A stretch of 64,000 bases of DNA, taken from assembly GCA_965112735.1 (NCBI GenBank), contig OZ218956.1, forward strand, positions 1,178,001-1,242,000, written 5' to 3'. The notes under the pieces were generated by a model that ran no database searches, was not told the origin of the DNA, and worked only from the letters and a program-made list of their open reading frames with translations. The stretch's first letter is position 1. Every line of letters starts with the position of its first letter. Source of the DNA: Phaeosaccion multiseriatum (lineage: Eukaryota; Protista; Ochrophyta, other classes). Below, piece by piece: positions 12,345 to 25,050 of this stretch. A program made the position numbers and the translations under genes.

Positions 12345-15300
12345 ATGATGGCAGCAGTGGCCCCGGCCAATGGAGGGGGAGGAGGAGGCGATGCAAGGCG
12401 TAAGAGGCCCAGCAGGGACAGTGCACTTCCATCCCATGCCGCCGCGGCACCCTTTCAGCCTGAGCAGAGGCTAGCATCTGACAGGCATAATCGAGGCGGG
12501 AGTACCATCGCTGCTGCTGCCGCGGCTACTGCTGCTTCCACTGCTACTGCCACGGCTACTGCTGCTGGGGCCGGCGGTGGCGGTTGTGGTGGTGGTGGTA
12601 GTGGTGGGGGTGGAGGAGGAGGAGGAGGAGGAGGAGGAGGAGGAGGAGGAGGAGGAGGAGGAGGAGGAGGAGAAGGAGGAGAGGGAATAGGACGAGAAGG
12701 GGCCGTGGGCGAGGCCTCAGCACACGGAGACGGAGCGGTGCTGCCCACGCCCACACGGCAGCAAGGGCTGCAGGAGCGGCTCGAGGGGCTTTGCGATTTG
12801 CAGCGGATGATCCGGGACGGGACGGAGGCGAAAGCACCTGGCGCACGTAGCGGAGAGGAGGGGGGGGAAGAAAGGGTCGGTCGTCCCAGAGTGCTGGCCC
12901 ACACGGCCAACGCAGGGTTGATTGGGAACCCAAGGGCCCTATTCCGCACGCTAGGTGGTCTCGTAGTCGAGCATGCGGCGACGAAGAGTCCAGAGTCACA
13001 ACAGGTGGCCAAGGTTTCTCTGGAGGTGCTCGCCGAGGGCATCCCCTGGCTTGTGCGGTGGTGTAGCACCAACATTGCTGGTGAGGAAGAAGAAGAAGCA
13101 GCAGCAGCATCAGCAGCAGGAGATGGAGGAGGTGTGGCACGATGTCTCCTAGTAGCAAAAGAGTGTCTGGCAGGAGTTGTTCCCGCCATCATCGACGGCC
13201 TAGCCAAGAAGCGCCTCCGCCAGGCGGGCGTGGACGTGCTTGTGACGTGCGCATGGGCTCAGGCGGGGCTCACAGACGTATGTCCTCTACTGGTGGACCA
13301 ACTCGTGCATCACGGCATGGAGCACGACGACAAAACGGTAAGATAGAGCAAGCAAGGACAGGAAAGTAAGGTGCATCACGAACTTCCAATGCCCGAACCC
13401 CACCCTCCCTCCCTGCTTCTCCACCCACCCCAGCCCTAATCCTGCTCCTATACCTGTCTCTGTTTCCCGTCTCTGTCTCTGTCTCTGTCTCTGTCTCCTC
13501 TCTCCCGTCTCCTCTCTCCTGCCTATACCTGTCTCCTTGTTGGCCTTGGTCTACCCCTCCCAGGTACGCTTACATTCCACGAAGGTCCTCCCTCAGCTCC
13601 TCGTGGAGGGCCTCCAACCCAGCGACTCGGAGTTCCACACGCTGACAGAGGGCATCGTGGGCAGGGTCAGGGATATTGATGATGACATTGTCAACTCCGC
13701 TTTGGAGGCACTAAAAGAGCTTCGCTCGGTGAGTGAGTAGGGGAGGGAAGGAAGGAAGGAAGGAAGGGAGGGAGGGAAAAGGGAGGAAGGGAGGGAGGGA
13801 GGGGGAGGAGGGCGAGGGCGGGAAAAGTCGCAGTTGAGTAGCGCGCGACAGAGGGAGTGAGAGGGTGAGGCATTGAGGCAGGGTGTGAGGGAGGATGTCG
13901 AGGAGACATGGTCTGAAGGAAATACGAAATAGGCTCTCCTCATACTCCCAACCTGTTCTCGAACTTCCTCCCACCAGTATGCTTCTCCCAATTGGCGTAA
14001 CTCTCTATCTCTGATGTGTGCGTGTGTGCATGAATGTCCGTATGTGTGTGCGTCATGTCCCAGGTGGCCCCCCAGCGCTTTGAGCTGGCGTGCGAAGGCC
14101 TGGGCCCGGTGCACCGCCAACTGTTGAGCTTCTACCACCACCGCATACACACAACCGACCCCTCCTTGGAGGACAAGTCAATAGCAAGTAGTGCTGGCGG
14201 AGGGGGTGCCACTGAAGGACGAGCACAGGGCAGCAGTTGCAGCAGCGGTGCGACTGAGGCCAGGGGGGTGACACGGCAGGGCGTTGATGGAGATACGCCT
14301 ACGAGCACTGGCATTGGCACTGGTACTGGCGGGGGGGGAGGACGGGAGGAGGAGGCGCTCGGAACAAGTGGGAAGAAGAAGAAGAAGAAGAGCAAGGCAT
14401 CAGTGGCGGCGTCTTCTCCGGTTACAGGGGGTACCGGGTCGGTACGGCGAAAGAACAAGACTAGCACTAGCAACAGTAGTAAGAGCGGGAGCAGAAGTAG
14501 CAGCATCAGTAGCAGCAGCAGCACCAGCAGTAGCAACAGCGGCAGCAGCAGCGGCGGCAGTAGTAGTAAGAGTAGTACCAATAGCAATTGTACTGCAGGC
14601 GCTCCACGGACGAGAAAGTCTTCGACAGAAGGAGCACGAGGCGAGGGGCAAATAGGGAAAGTAGAAAGCGGTGGGGGGCCATCGGCAGCAGAATGCAGAG
14701 GCCTGGCCGTCGAGGGAGAAGAGGAGGAAGAAGAAGAAGAAGAAGAAGGAGGGAAGCGCAATGCAAGACGAGAAACAGACCTCCGCCATGTGCCCACCAC
14801 GTTCGTCAAGGGCGTGCCAGTTGTGATGGGGTTCATCCCTGTGGAGCTTCTCGTCGTCCTCTTGGGGGGGCAAGAAGAGCGGGCTACTGATAAGAGCGGG
14901 GCTACTGCTGCTAGGGCTAATGGTGAAGGGAAAGGGACGACAGCGACGGTGGCGGCAGCTGGTGATTGGAAGGCGAGGACCCGTGCCATCGAGCAGCTGA
15001 GGCAACTTGTGGAAGGCTTGCAAGAGACGGATGTGCCTGCCCTGGACCCGTACCTCGAGGAGCTACTTGGACTCATCAGGTGAGAGGCGTATGGGTATAT
15101 ATGCTTTGAGGAGAACAATATGCCTTGGTCTGCGCTCACGGACCGCTCAGAGGATCGACCCCATTGGCACTTGCTTGTCTGACTCTGAGGTCGTCCTCAC
15201 TCCCCCCCCCCATTCACTTGCTCTCTTGTACCTCCTTTTCATACCACATACACGCACACGTCCTCACGTTCCCCTCCCATTCACTTGCTCTCTCGTACCT

Positions 15301-18300
15301 CCTTTTTAATCACACACATTCACACACGCACACGCACACACGCACACACGCACACATACACATGCAACACCCATACACATACATACACACATACATCCAT
15401 CCATACATACATACATACACACACATACATACATACATACATACAGCGACTTGTCCGAAGACCCAAACTTCAAGGTGCTCCTCACCACTCTATCTGTGCT
15501 CTACAGCCTCGTGGGCAAGCTCGGAAGCAAGCTTGTCTCCCACCTTGTTGTCTTGACACGCCTCCTCCTGAGCAAGCTGGCGGATAAGAAGGTTGCAGCT
15601 CGGCACCACGCCCTTGTTGTCTTCTCCAGGGCGATTCAGCTCATGGAGTTGGCGCACACGCTCAAGTTTCTTCGCAAGGGGCTGAGAGCTCCGAGCTGGC
15701 ATGCGCGAGAGGGTTGTTTGAAGCTTATTGTTATTGGTTTGTTGACGGAGAGAGACAAGAAGGAGGAGGAGGAGGACGAGGAGGGGGAGGGAGGGGAGGA
15801 GGAGGGGGAGGAGGAGGAGGAGGGGGGGAGGAGGGAGGAAGGGGAGGAAGGGAGGGGCAGGGGTGACATTGCTGCTGCTTACGATGGGGCCGACGGTAGT
15901 AGCGATGAAGGCAATGATGCCACAGATGATGACTCAGCAGACACGGATGATGAGCTGGGCAAGCAAAGCGACGTCCAGGCGGGGAAGGCTGACAGCAAGA
16001 AGGCCAGCCATGAGGGTAAGAGAGGACGCCATCAAGCGAAGCACGACACCATCGCCAGCAGCAGCAGCAGCAGCAGGATCAGCAGTAGTGTGAAAGGAGG
16101 AGAGAAGAGTATTGGTGGCGGTGGCGGTGGCGGTGGTGGTGGGAACATTGGTATTGGTATTTGTGAAGCAGAAATGACCTCCCTGGTGGAGGAGGTGGGC
16201 AACATGCTGGGAGACGAACGGCGCCAAGTGGAGGTGGCAGCTCGGGAGTGCCTTGCGGTCATCGCTCACGTCTGTCGGAGGACGAACAAGAAGGGGAAGA
16301 AGGAGCCGAAGAAGAGGAAGACAAGGAAGGACGGCAGTGCAGGTGATTGCGACGAATCCGATTCCGATTCCGATTCCGATTCCGGGACCGGGACCGGCTC
16401 TTTGTGTCCGACTTTGGACGTCATTGGCGTACTGCAGGACCTTGTCTCCCCTGCTCAACTGGAAGGGGTGCGCAATAGGATCGCCATGGGAGCCGCTTAC
16501 CTGCCTGTGCTCTTGCCCAACGGTCTCGTCGAGATGGTCGTCACTTCTACGCCACCCCTAGCCGGTGCAGAGGGAGCAGGAGCAACAGCAGTTGGTGATA
16601 CAGGAGCAACGGGTGAGTTAGGCGCGCTGTCAGCAGCAGTGGCGGGGGAGGATAGCGCTAGTACGGCCATCCTGGGGGTTGCGTCGATGAAGACGGGCAA
16701 GCGGGCGAGGAGAAAGAGTGCCACCAGCACTAGCGAAGCCGCCAGTAGCAGCAGCAGCAGCAGGGCCAGCAGCGGCAGCGGCAGTTGCAGGGCCAGCAGT
16801 GGTAGGAGCCGGGAGGGAGACCTTCCGCTCTCCTCCGCCACTTTCATCACCTCGTCTGAAGAGGGTCGTTACAATAGCTCCATCAAAGCCGGCCGCCGTA
16901 GCAGCAGCGGCAGTACTTGTAGTAGCGGGAGTGGGGTTAGCAGCATAGGCAGTGGTACCAAGGCAAGTCCTGCTGGAGAGGCAGACGAAAAAGCCGGTGC
17001 TGGTGGCGGTGTTGGTAGTGGAGCGGGGCGGGTGAGCCACCATATGGGTATGAGCAGCAGCAGCGCCAATGTTGTGCATGTGAGTGAGGGGGGGTCCGGG
17101 GCAAGGGCCATTACGGCAGGGAGCCCCTTTCGAAGGCTTCACTCCGCAGACGAGCGAGGAGGAGGAGGAGGAGGAGGAGAGGGAGATGATCAAGAGTACC
17201 GAAAGGATGCGAACGATGGGGGTGGCGAGCACTACAGCACCGCCCCCGCTTGCCTCGGTGCTAAACTTCGAGGAGAAGGAGAGGGTGGTGGCAAGCAGGA
17301 CGTGGACGTGGGACGCGTTGGGAGAGAGACCGGAGGACGAAGGAGAAGGGCTAGTGGAGGAGGAGGAGGCTCTCCAGCAGTTGGTGATACAGCGGCAGGA
17401 GCAGCACCGCCAGGGTCGCTCTCCGTCGCAGACCCAGCAGCACCACCAAAGTCCCCGACAAAGAAGGCAGCAGTTGGTGATACAGCAGCCTCGCGCCGGC
17501 CTCGCGTATCGCTCAACCTCTCTGAAGAAGGCTTGACCGAGGGCGTAGATCATCATGCAGCAGTTGGTGATGCGGCAGCCTTGGGACTCGGAAACCCTTC
17601 TCCGCACTCTCACTCCTACCCCTTCCCCCTCGAGGGGGAGAGTGGCACGCCCCCTTCGGGCTTGGGTACCACCAATAGAAGCGGAGAGGGCTGGGGTGAC
17701 GGTGGTAAGGGTCGACAAGGCAGCAGTGATGCAGGAGGAGGAGGGGTAGGAGGGGATGAGCCCCTGTACGGCGGCGCTCGGGCCTATGCAGGAAGCCCGC
17801 TGGCTGTGATGAGCGTCAAGTCTTCACTCTCTTCAGACGACGGGGAAGGGTCCAACTTTGGAGGCCAGAGCGCCCGAGGAGGAGGAGGAGGGAAAGGCAC
17901 GAAGGCAGGAGCAGGAGCAGGGGCAGGGAAAGGGGGGCGTCGAGGCTACGTGCCAAGCTGGAATGGGTCAGGAAGAGAGGGCGGAGAGCAGGGGCCGGGG
18001 CAGGGGCAAGGGGGGGGCACGAGTACGAGTAAGGCAGCAGCGGCACGGTCGCCATACGAGCAATCTCCGTACGAGCAACCACAAAACTTCAAAGCGTCGC
18101 CCTCCTCGTCCTCCAACGCCAGCGGTGCAAGAAGACGGAGAAGGAATGGGGAGGGTGTAGGCGGGAGCAGCAGCGGCAATCTCACGGCCGGGGCTGGACC
18201 AGGGGATGAAGGAGGAGGAGGAGGAGGAGGAGGAGGAGGAGGAGGAGGGGTGACAGCGCAGGCACAACAGCAGCAGCAGTTGGTGATGCACCAGCAGCAG

Positions 18301-20313
18301 CAGCAGCAGCAGCAGCACACCCCCACCCGTCGCAGCAGCCTGCATCGTGAGGAGAGCTTCGGGCAGCACGGTGATAGCGGCAAGGGCCTCTCAGCGGCGG
18401 CTCTCACCAAGGCTGGCGTCCCCTCACCGTACCTTGCTGCCCGCATCGGAGGAGGAGGCCCAGGCAATAGCGGAAGCGGCGGTAGCGGCGGCGGCGGCAG
18501 CAGTGGTAAGCGGAGAGGCAGCACCGGAGGGGGGAGTGGGTGCAACTTGGCAAGGGTAGGAGGGGCGGGAGGGGGAGGAGCTTCCCCATCGTCTTCTCCT
18601 AGTAGCACCACTAGCACTTGCACGAGTGCTGCCGCGCCAAACCCACTACTCCTCACCACCTTGAAGCGGAGGAGGAGCAGAGACCGGCGATCGACAGAGA
18701 CTGTGACAGGGCAGGGGCAGGGGACTCCTGCCTCTCCGTCGGGCGGGAGCGGAAGAGTCTTCTCCTCGTCCAGTTTGGAGGGCGACGGACCGTTGTCCGA
18801 CGACGGCGAGGAAGCAGCAGCGGCCGACAAGGCAGCAGCAAGTGAGCACCGACACACCAGTGAATACGGTAGTGACTATGGATATGGACGGCAGCATACG
18901 GAGGACGGAGGAGGCAGTAGCAGCAGTAGCCCTGGTAATAGCGGACATGGTCACGGCAGTCGTAACGGGAGTGGCGGTGGCAGCGGCAGGATCAATCGGC
19001 GCGCGGCGTCTGCGGCACTTGCTCGCACCACAGCGGCGGAAGAGCTCCGAGGACAGCACTACGCAGACACGCTTGGAGGGGGGTCAGGGGGGGCGGGGGA
19101 GGAAGAGAGAGGGGAAGAAGAGGAGGAGGACGACGACGACAAAGAAGCAGTCAGAGTGGCAGCCTTGCGGGGGTCAGGGGGGTGGAGTAGTAGGAGAGTC
19201 ACAGATGGCGGGCCGGCTGGATCGGGGAGTGGACCCGAGCCTCTGATGCACCAACACGCGTACCCTGCTGCTCGGATACACGGAATGCTCGAGCCAAAGA
19301 CGCCCATCGCGGTGAGTTTGAGTTTCGAGTTGTGAGTTGGAACTGTTGCACACGGCACCTTTTCCGCCGGGTATGTCCGTCTGAGTCTCTCTCTCTCCCT
19401 CTCTCTCTCTTTCTCTCCATCTTCTCGCAGGTGGGTCGCTATGACCAAGCGACGGGTCAGCGCCATCACGTGCAAACCAGCGCAGTCCAGCCCATGCCAC
19501 TGGCCTTGGGGGATGACAGCGCCAACCACACGAGCAGCAACAGCAGCATCCACAGGGGTGGGATGGGAGCGGGGGGGGTGAGGAAGCTTGGGAAGAGCAG
19601 CCCGGTGAGGGGGGGCGGGCACAGAGGCCGAGGGCAGCAGCATGGGGACGAAGAGAGTGATTACGGACACAGAGGCAGCCGAGGTACGTTCGTGCCCTCT
19701 CTCTTTCAATTTCTCTTTGCGCGGCGAAGAGCTGTGTGTGTGTGGGTGCATGTGTGCGTTTTGTTTGTGTGCGCGCGCGCGCACATCCGCCTCTACCCCT
19801 CCCTCTCTCTCATTCCACCGTCTCCTTTTTATGTATGTCTCTCTCTCTCTCCCTCCGTTGTGCTCATGTGACCACCCCAAGACAAAGCGCTAGGCAGGTA
19901 TAGGGAGCATGAGCAGCAGGAGCACCAGTTGGTGATACAGCGATCACAGGCTTCGCACGGCGTGGAGATCGACCGTCCCATTCGTCCTATGACTGACTCC
20001 AGCGACACAACCTTTGGATTCGGTACTAGGCAGCAACAAGAGGAAGCACGAAGAGGAGTTGGAGTTGGAGGAGAAGGAGGAGATGAGGAGCACTGGAGGG
20101 CGAATGGCAACATGGGGAGGGGTAGGGCAGGCGCGGCATCCGCATCGACATCCCGCGAGTACGACGCGTCACCGCCACCATTCAGTCGATCAGGAGGGCA
20201 AGAGGAGAGAGAAGATGAAGATGGAGGGATAGGGGGGGGAGGTGCGGCGCCACGCTCGCGAGCAGCTATGAAGCCTGCACTATCGGCCGCAACAAGGAGG
20301 AGGAGAGAGAGGC

Positions 20314-20349
<36 letters not shown>

Positions 20350-23300
20350 TGGTGATACAACAACAGGGCAACTCTGATGCGGAGGGGGGCCTGCACATGC
20401 AAGGGGCATGGACGGATGGGAAGGAGTCGCAGCAGCTCGGAAGGGGGCGAGGAGGAGGAGGAGAAGGAGGAGGAGGAGGAGGAGGAGGAGGAGGAGGGCT
20501 TCCTAGAAAGCATGCTGCAGGGCGATCAGGAAGCGGCTTCTCCGCGACGCTTTCTCCCAAGGGGGGGGGGATGCACGCCACAGGAGGAGGAGGAGACCCC
20601 ATCGGCACCAGCACCAGGGATGCCGTGACAGACGCGTTTGAGTATCTTTCCTCAGAGGACATTCGCCCTGTGCCCAACCCGCAACAGGAGCTCAAGGCGG
20701 TGCTCGTCAGGTGCGTTAACGTTCGTTAGCATCTGTTGATACGTGTTGGGTTGCCGTTTGTTTGGCATGCGTTGGCACGTTTCACACACCACCAGTAGCC
20801 CAAAATAACCGCTGTATGTGTATATGCTATGCCGAGCCAATGCCGTTATCGTTATCCATTGCTGTCATCATTTTTCATTGCGTCATCGTTATGTTGCCGT
20901 TGCCCTTATCGTAATCTTGAACGCACTGCCTCCCGCCCCTCTCTCCCTCCCTCCCCTCCCTCTCGTCTCCCCCACCCCCCCAACCACCTCAATCCCCCTC
21001 CCTAACCCAACAACACCTCCCAACTACTTCAACAAGCAGTGTGAGCAAAGCCGAGTGGCCGGACATCTTCCATGCCCTGAACAGCGTGCGTCGCCTTGCC
21101 CTCCACCACGGCCCCCTCATGGAGCAACACTTGCATCAACTTGTTCGAGACGTGGTCAAGCAGTGCGACAATCTGCGCTCGCAGGTGGGCAAGAATGCCA
21201 TGCTCACCATTGCTGACTTATGGCGCGGGTTGGGACGGGTACTCGACCCTGAGCTTGCCCTTGTGGCCCCTGTTCTCATCAAGAGGCTTGCAGACCCGTC
21301 GGTTTTCATGGCCACGAGCGCATGGGAGACCATCATCGACGTGGTAAGTCAGTGAACATAAGTCAATGGACAGTGTAGTAGTGTTGTAAGTCAGTGGACA
21401 TAAGTCAATGGATAGTGGGCCGGTTGTTAGTGGACAGTCAGCAGTCGGTCGCTCCTAGGGTAGGAACAAGATTTCTCCGCTGGGCTTGCTCGCCTTGCTC
21501 CTTGCTTGCTTTCTTTCCCTTACCTTGCCTTTCCCTTTGCCTTCCGTGGGGGCGGGGAGGGGGGTTGCTCTTTTTTTTTTTCACTCTCTCAGTCACTCAA
21601 TCACTCTCTCAGTCACTCAATCACTCACTCACCCACCCACCCGGTCACTCACTCACTCACTCACGCACATACTCCCTCCCTCCCTCCCTCCCTCCCTCCT
21701 TCCCTTCCTTCCTTCCTTCCCTCCCTCCCTCCCCCCCTCCTCCCTCCCTCCCTCATCCCTCCCTCCCTCCCTCCCTCCCCTTAGGTCAAGTGCTCCACCG
21801 GGCTGCGTGCCCTGAGCGCCTTTATGGTGTGTGCCCAACACAAGTCGCCCGTTATTCGAGGCAAAAGCGCCGCCGCCCTCTACCTCTGCGTCAAGACCAT
21901 TGGAGACGACCAACAGCAGCAGTACTCAAGTCTGAAGGGCAGTCGGGAGGCGACAAAGCTTGTGTCCTTGCTTCCCATGCTGCTGCAGGACGGTAACTTG
22001 GAGACGAGGAAGTGGGCCAAGGCATTGACCATGTACCTGCTGCTCAGACCCCAAGCAGGAGGAGGAGGAGGAGGAGGAGGAGGAGGAAGGGCTGAGCTGG
22101 TGGATGAGGCCTCTGTTCGGCGGGCGGTGCCTCCCAATGTGTTTAGCAGACTGGAGAAGGAGCTTCAGAGCGCCTCTCGCCAAGGACTTAGTTTGGATAC
22201 CCTCATGCCAGACCCCTTCGTGTTTGACGCCGTCAGCGGCGCACAAACGACAACGTTGATGTCCCCCAGCAAGGGCACCCGCAAGCAGGGGCTTGACTAC
22301 AGCACTAGCAGCAGTAATGGCAGCAGCAGCAGCAGCAGCAGCAGCAGAGGGGGTAGCAGCACAGACATTTGGTCTCCCTCCGCGGGTAGCGAACAGAGGA
22401 AGGGCACGAGCGGGAGTCAGTGGGGTGGAGGAAGAGGAGAAGGAGAAGGAGGAGGACGAAGCTCGTCCCGACAGCCGCAGCACCAGCAGGGGCAGGAGCG
22501 GGGACTCCACCCGCGGAGACCGGGAAGCAGGACCTTCTCTGATCGAATGGACGACGACGCTTGCAGCGATGGCAGCATACGCGGTGGAGACGGAGACGGG
22601 GGTAGTGGCGGGAAACCGGGGCGTCAAGGGTTGTCGCCCAGGAGGAGAAACAATAGCCAACAGCAGCAGGAGCACGGGCAGCAGCAGCGTGATGATCGCA
22701 GTGCTGCTTCCTCTCGGGCGTCGTCTGACGTCTTGGGCAGTACTGGCGGCAGCGTTCGGAGCACCAACTTGTCCACCACTACCACCACCTCATCCTCCTC
22801 CTCCTCCTCGTCCAAGAGTGTGGTGAAGATCCCTGAGTTCGACGAGCTGCCTGCGCTGTACACCAAGCTCAACTGCGCCGATTGGAGAGAACGCATGACG
22901 GCGGTGAGGGAGGCGGAGGGGCTGCTTGTAGGCACCGGCACGAGAGACGCGTTCTTCCGCAGCGGCAAAATGCAGCAAGTGCTGGGCAGGATGGCGGAGA
23001 GGCTTCAGGTGAGGGAGTGATGTAGGGAGGGCGGGAGTGGAAGAGTGAGGGAGGGAGGGAGTGAAAGAGAGAGAATGAATGGGTGAGAGAGGAGAGAGGG
23101 AGGAAGTGAGAGAGGGAGGGAGGGGGGGAGTGGGTGAGTGAGTGAGTGGGTGAGGAAAGGAAGATGTGAGTGAGTGAGTGAGTGAGTGAGTGAGTGAGTG
23201 AGTCAGTGAGTGAGGGAGTGAGGGAATGGCTTGAGTGAGTGAGTGAGGAAAGGAAGGAGTGAGAGAGTGAGTGAGTGAGGAAGTGAGTGAGTGAGGGAGG

Positions 23301-24255
23301 GAGGAAATGAGTGAGTGAGTGAGTGAGTGAGTGAGTGAGGAACAGTACCAACAACGAAACTAATGAACGCTGCACTGTCACGGGATGAACGAACCAACAG
23401 GACGGAAACTTGAAGGTCAATGTACTCGCACTGGAGAGTGTGACTCGTCTCGTGCACACACTTGGGCCTCAAATTGAGACGGGTTTGAGCTTGCTGCTAC
23501 CTGCGGTGGCCGTCAACTTGGGGGCATCCAACAAGCAGGTGTGAGCAGCAGCGGCGGATAGGGGCACAAGTAGAGGAGGAGGTAGAGGAGGAGGAGGAGG
23601 AGGAGGAGGAGGAGGAGGAGGAGGAGGAGGAGGAGGAGCAGGAGGAGGAGGAGGAGGAGGAGGAGGAGGAGGAGGAGGAGGAGGAGGAGGAGGAGGAGGA
23701 GGAGGAGGAAGAGCAGGAGGAGGAGGAGCAGCAGGAGGAGGAGGAGAAGGAGGAGCAGGAGGAGAAGGAGGAGGAGGAGGAGGAGGAGGAGGAGGAGGAG
23801 GAGGAGGAGGAGGAGGAGGAGGAGGAGGAGGAAGGTAGAGTGTTTGGCTCTTCCGCGTTGTATTCTCTTTCCCTTTTGATCCTCTCCGCTCTCATGCCTC
23901 CTCACGCCGTCCCTCACCATTCCACCCTCCCCCTCCCTCCTCCTACCCCCCTCACCACCCCCGTCACGTTCACCCACCCTCACCCACCCACACCCACACC
24001 CACCCCCACACCCACCCCCACACCCACACCACCCACACACCCCACCCCAGTTGGTGTCCCTCGCCTCTGGGTGCCTGATGGAGCTGCGAAAAGCGGTGCC
24101 TGTGACGCTTCTCGTCCGACCCCTGTGCGGCCTGACGCAACACAGCAATGTGCGGCTGCGCGTGCCCCTACTGCAGCAGCTCTCCGGTATGGCGAATGAC
24201 TGCGTACGGGAGAAGCCAGCAGTCGTCGCCAAGTGAGTGTTTGTTTCTACTACTA

Positions 24256-24287
<32 letters not shown>

Positions 24288-24640
24288 ACTACTGCTACTA
24301 CTACTATTCTCTTGATCAGGACTGCTCACACCTTGCACACCTTGCCGCTGCTACTCCTCCTTCCCACCCTCTTGCTCCACTCCGTCCCCTCCCCCCCCCC
24401 CCCCTCCCCCCCCCTCTCTCTCTCTCTCTGTGTGTGTGTGTATGCGTACACACCACACCCCGCCGCAGGTACATGGCCCCTGTGGCCTTCTCCCTGCTCA
24501 GCGAGAACAAGGCCGATATTCGAGAAGCGAATAACTCGCTCCTGCGCACCCTGCACTCCGCACTGGGCCCCGCCGCCTTTGAAGCATGTGCGGGGGACTT
24601 GAGCGATGCACAGAGGGCGAGTCTGAGAAGGGTGTTATAG
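12345..24640 (+). CDS. TOG/HEAT-array microtubule regulator (TOGARAM/crescerin/FAM179-like), about 11 exons, with very long low-complexity linkers
   Basis: TOG/HEAT motifs DWKARTRAIEQL, DPNFKV, KLADKKVAAR, SWHAREG, YLSSEDIRPVPNPQQEL, EWPDIFHALNSVRRLALHH, NLRSQVGKNA, HKSPVIR, LQDGNLETRKWAK, DWRERMTAV, DGNLKVN. Approximate exons: 12345-13337, 13564-~13730, 14064-15079, 15447-19311, 19431-19683, ~19899-20710, 21040-~21343, 21785-23008, 23401-23538, 24051-24233, 24469-24640. Confidence 0.85.
23130..23832. repeat. Intronic (GAGT)n (~23130-23340) and (GAG)n (~23575-23832) microsatellites flanking a small TOG exon
   Basis: Directly visible. Confidence 0.9.
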
Positions 24641-24708
24641 TGATGCACAGAGGGCGAGTCTGAGAAGGGTGTTATAGTGAGGGCGAGTCTGAGAAGGGTG
24701 TTATAGTG
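24605..24708 (+). repeat. Tandem triplication (37-bp unit, third copy partial) spanning the TOG gene stop codon
   Basis: GATGCACAGAGGGCGAGTCTGAGAAGGGTGTTATAGT twice, then GAGGGCGAGTCTGAGAAGGGTGTTATAGTG. Confidence 0.92.
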
Positions 24709-25050
24709 GACCCCCATATATCCCCTCGACATGTAAATACAATAGCCGTGGAATGAGTAGGCTTGGCTGTGTGGAGCAATAAAACTCCCGTTTCCTTTTA
24801 CTTCATTGTTTCTACAATTAGAATTACTCGCTCATATTGCAAGATGCACACTTTTGTGAATAAGGAACGCGACCTCCCCGCCATGACAATCAATGAGTGT
24901 GACTGCCCATATGCCTGCCCATATGCCTACACGCATGACCACCTGTTTTCTTACACTATGTACAAAGTCAGGCACTGGCTGATTGGCCGTCTGACCTGAC
25001 TGACTGATTGACTGATTGACTGACACTGCCTCACTGCGACACTGTCTCCC

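Noticed and set aside
16591-16601. GTTGGTGATAC motif as an LTR primer-binding site or lambda-operator half-site (TATCACC)
   Set aside because: There is no adjacent LTR or gag-pol, I could not match it to a tRNA 3' end, and the copies are exonic. The resemblance is treated as coincidental.
12455-23459. Numerous long antisense ORFs over the TOG gene
   Set aside because: These are shadow ORFs from GC-rich, trinucleotide-repeat coding sequence.
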